This document shows, in pieces, positions 62,161 to 64,000 of a stretch of DNA of 64,000 bases (positions within the stretch are counted from its first letter, which is position 1; each line of letters starts with the position of its first letter). The position numbers were made by a program, and so were the translations under genes. The stretch covers positions 52,452,001 to 52,516,000 of the forward strand of contig NC_083232.1 of NCBI RefSeq assembly GCF_032191835.1, written 5' to 3'. Under the pieces are notes generated by a model. That model saw only the letters and a list, made by a program, of their open reading frames with translations. It had not been told where the DNA came from and made no database searches. The stretch comes from Heteronotia binoei. Lineage: Eukaryota.

Positions 62161-62977
62161 AGCTTTAATTGCCTATCAAACAGGGACACTTTCACCAACT
62201 TCCAGCTCCTGAAAGCTTCAACCCAATTTTGTCAATAAAAGACAATCACTGTAAAAAATGGGACTGTTCTTTTATGGCTGTGATTTGACAGTGAAAGATT
62301 AATTTGGTGAGTGGTCTGATTCCTGAGTGTTTCATCCAGTTTTTGTATGTGTTTCCTTTTGAAATCTGTCTCCCATTAAAACCAATGGGGAAAAATGAAT
62401 GAATGTTAACAGATAATTTTTTTAAAAAAAACACCCCAAAATATAAAGAAAAAAATGAAATTAAGCAAAAATGGAAAAAACAGATATTGCCTCCTCCCTA
62501 TTCCTCTGCTTACAGTGTGAAGTTGTACAATCCAACAATAGATAACACTGCTGATTGTGTCACTTGACTTTCTGTATAATTTGAATCTGTGGATAAGTCA
62601 CTGATTTGCAAACAGTTTAGCAGAAGATAGAAAGGAATGTAATATTTTAATGCAATGAGGCATATGGAGAAAGGCCCATTAATTAAACAGCCTTTCCTAT
62701 TTTATGAAGCTCTATATTTAGTGGCAAAGCACTTAGAGAAGTTATACAATGGAACAATGCCGATAATGGATGTATTTTGTTGAAATGGGTGTATTGCAAA
62801 AAGATACAGTACCTAAAAATAGCTTTTCTCTAACTGAATGGAAGATATACAGCAGAGCAGTATTTCATTTCCCTGCTATATATGAAAATTGAAGTCCCCA
62901 GCTGCGACTGGAATATATTAGAACACTGAGTTGTTTTGGGGAGAAACGCAACAAATCAGGAAATATTCCCAACTTAC

Positions 62978-63232
62978 CTTGTCAGCCATTTCATGGGAGT
63001 GATGCAGTGAATGCTCTCTTTCTGAAAACATTCGCCTTTGCTCGTAGCTGGCAAGCCGGCAAGTGAGCCATGAAGAAAGGGTGCAGCCCCCAATTCCGAT
63101 ACATGCCAGGGACATGGATGTCAGATGCAATGAATAGAGAACCGAGGATTTCTTGGTCAGTGCACGAAGGAACTGAAAGTTTAATATTCCTCCAATGAGT
63201 CCACAAATACAGCAGGCTGAGAAAAGGATCAT
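62978..63232 (-). CDS. TMEM196: TMEM196 internal coding exon (255 nt); earlier exons lie beyond the window
   Basis: CCAG|ATG acceptor and AAG|GTAAGT donor. [24 protein letters not shown]...[47 protein letters not shown]. Confidence 0.97.
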
Positions 63233-63349
63233 CTGGTGGTAGACAAGAAAAAAAAATCATATTTGCATAATGTTATCTGGATGAGAAACAACAGAGATGT
63301 TGAACATGTATGAACAATATTTAAAAAATAGGTACTAAATATTATGTTG

Positions 63350-63790
63350 AATTATTTATTTGTTTGTTTGTTTTCAATTTATAACCCGCCCTTCCCCGAA
63401 TGGGCTCTGAGCGGGTAACAACAATCAATCAATTCAGAGTTAAAATCAAATCCGCAAAATAAAACAATATAAATTCTAAACAAACTGCAGTTCTGCAGAT
63501 GGTGGTATCAATTGCATCCACTCCTCCCATACATCCCCCAGCTTGTATAAGATAGATAACTCAACAGAATGATTTCATCAAGGCCCCTGCAGCAGGGAGG
63601 CCACAGATTAACAAAATGTCCACCGCCTCAGTTGAAAGCCTGGTGGAACAGCTTTGTCTTACATGTCCTGCTTAACAGCAATAGTCACCTGGTCACCACA
63701 GCAGGCCACCACAGGTGGATTGTTGTAGCTTGGCCACTTGGGCAGGCACCTGCAGTGACCTGCGCAAGGCCACACAATAACAGCTGATTC
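63350..63790 (-). mobile_element. L2-clade LINE 3' fragment
   Basis: (TTTG)n tail and AACCCGCCCTTCCCC...GGGCTCTGAGCGGG 3' end. TTGAAAGCCTGGTGGAACAGC is homologous to 6330-6350. Confidence 0.7.
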
Positions 63791-64000
63791 ATACCTGGAA
63801 TTCTAAATATAGTATAGTCCTCTCTCATAATCATAGCAACCGAGATTCCAATAGGTGTTTGGTTTGAACTAGGAAGACTAGTATGATTAGAGGCTCACCA
63901 AGCTTGCTAACATATATTGAATGGGATTGTTTCAGTGATGGAAGTAATTAAGGACAGATCCTTTTGTTGGGAGGGGCTACCAATTAAAAACTATGTGATG

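Noticed and set aside
1-64000. CRISPR arrays, operons, defence systems, tRNA or rRNA genes
   Set aside because: The DNA is intron-containing vertebrate sequence. There is no regularly spaced repeat-spacer array, and tRNA- and 5S-like segments are decayed SINE heads.

Overview
This is vertebrate (non-prokaryotic) genomic DNA from a squamate reptile, probably a gecko; that assignment is inferred from the repeat families and protein divergence. Two host genes lie on the minus strand, in the arrangement I recall for the human 7p21 locus. POLR1F (TWISTNB/RPA43) is complete: 4 coding exons at 16503-11514, 305 aa predicted, with a CpG-island promoter at about 16.0-17.1 kb. TMEM196 is represented by its last three coding exons (63232-58040), and the final exon is read in two frames depending on a 74-nt cassette exon. 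Most other interpretable sequence is transposable elements: a ~5.8-kb Ngaro/DIRS-group tyrosine-recombinase retrotransposon with gag, RT/RNase H, YR and an extra SGNH hydrolase ORF (40869-46689); a 3.5-kb CR1 LINE; an internally deleted CR1 that keeps ORF1; a young 5'-truncated L1-clade LINE; a decayed Harbinger transposase; several L2 fragments; hAT-type non-autonomous elements with TIRs and 8-bp TSDs; Penelope-like hairpins; and tRNA- and 5S-derived SINEs. I found no CRISPR array, operon or clearly new gene system. The most interesting material is the Ngaro architecture and the nested and palindrome-centred insertions. All family assignments come from recalled motifs, not database searches, and repeat boundaries without TIR/TSD support are approximate.
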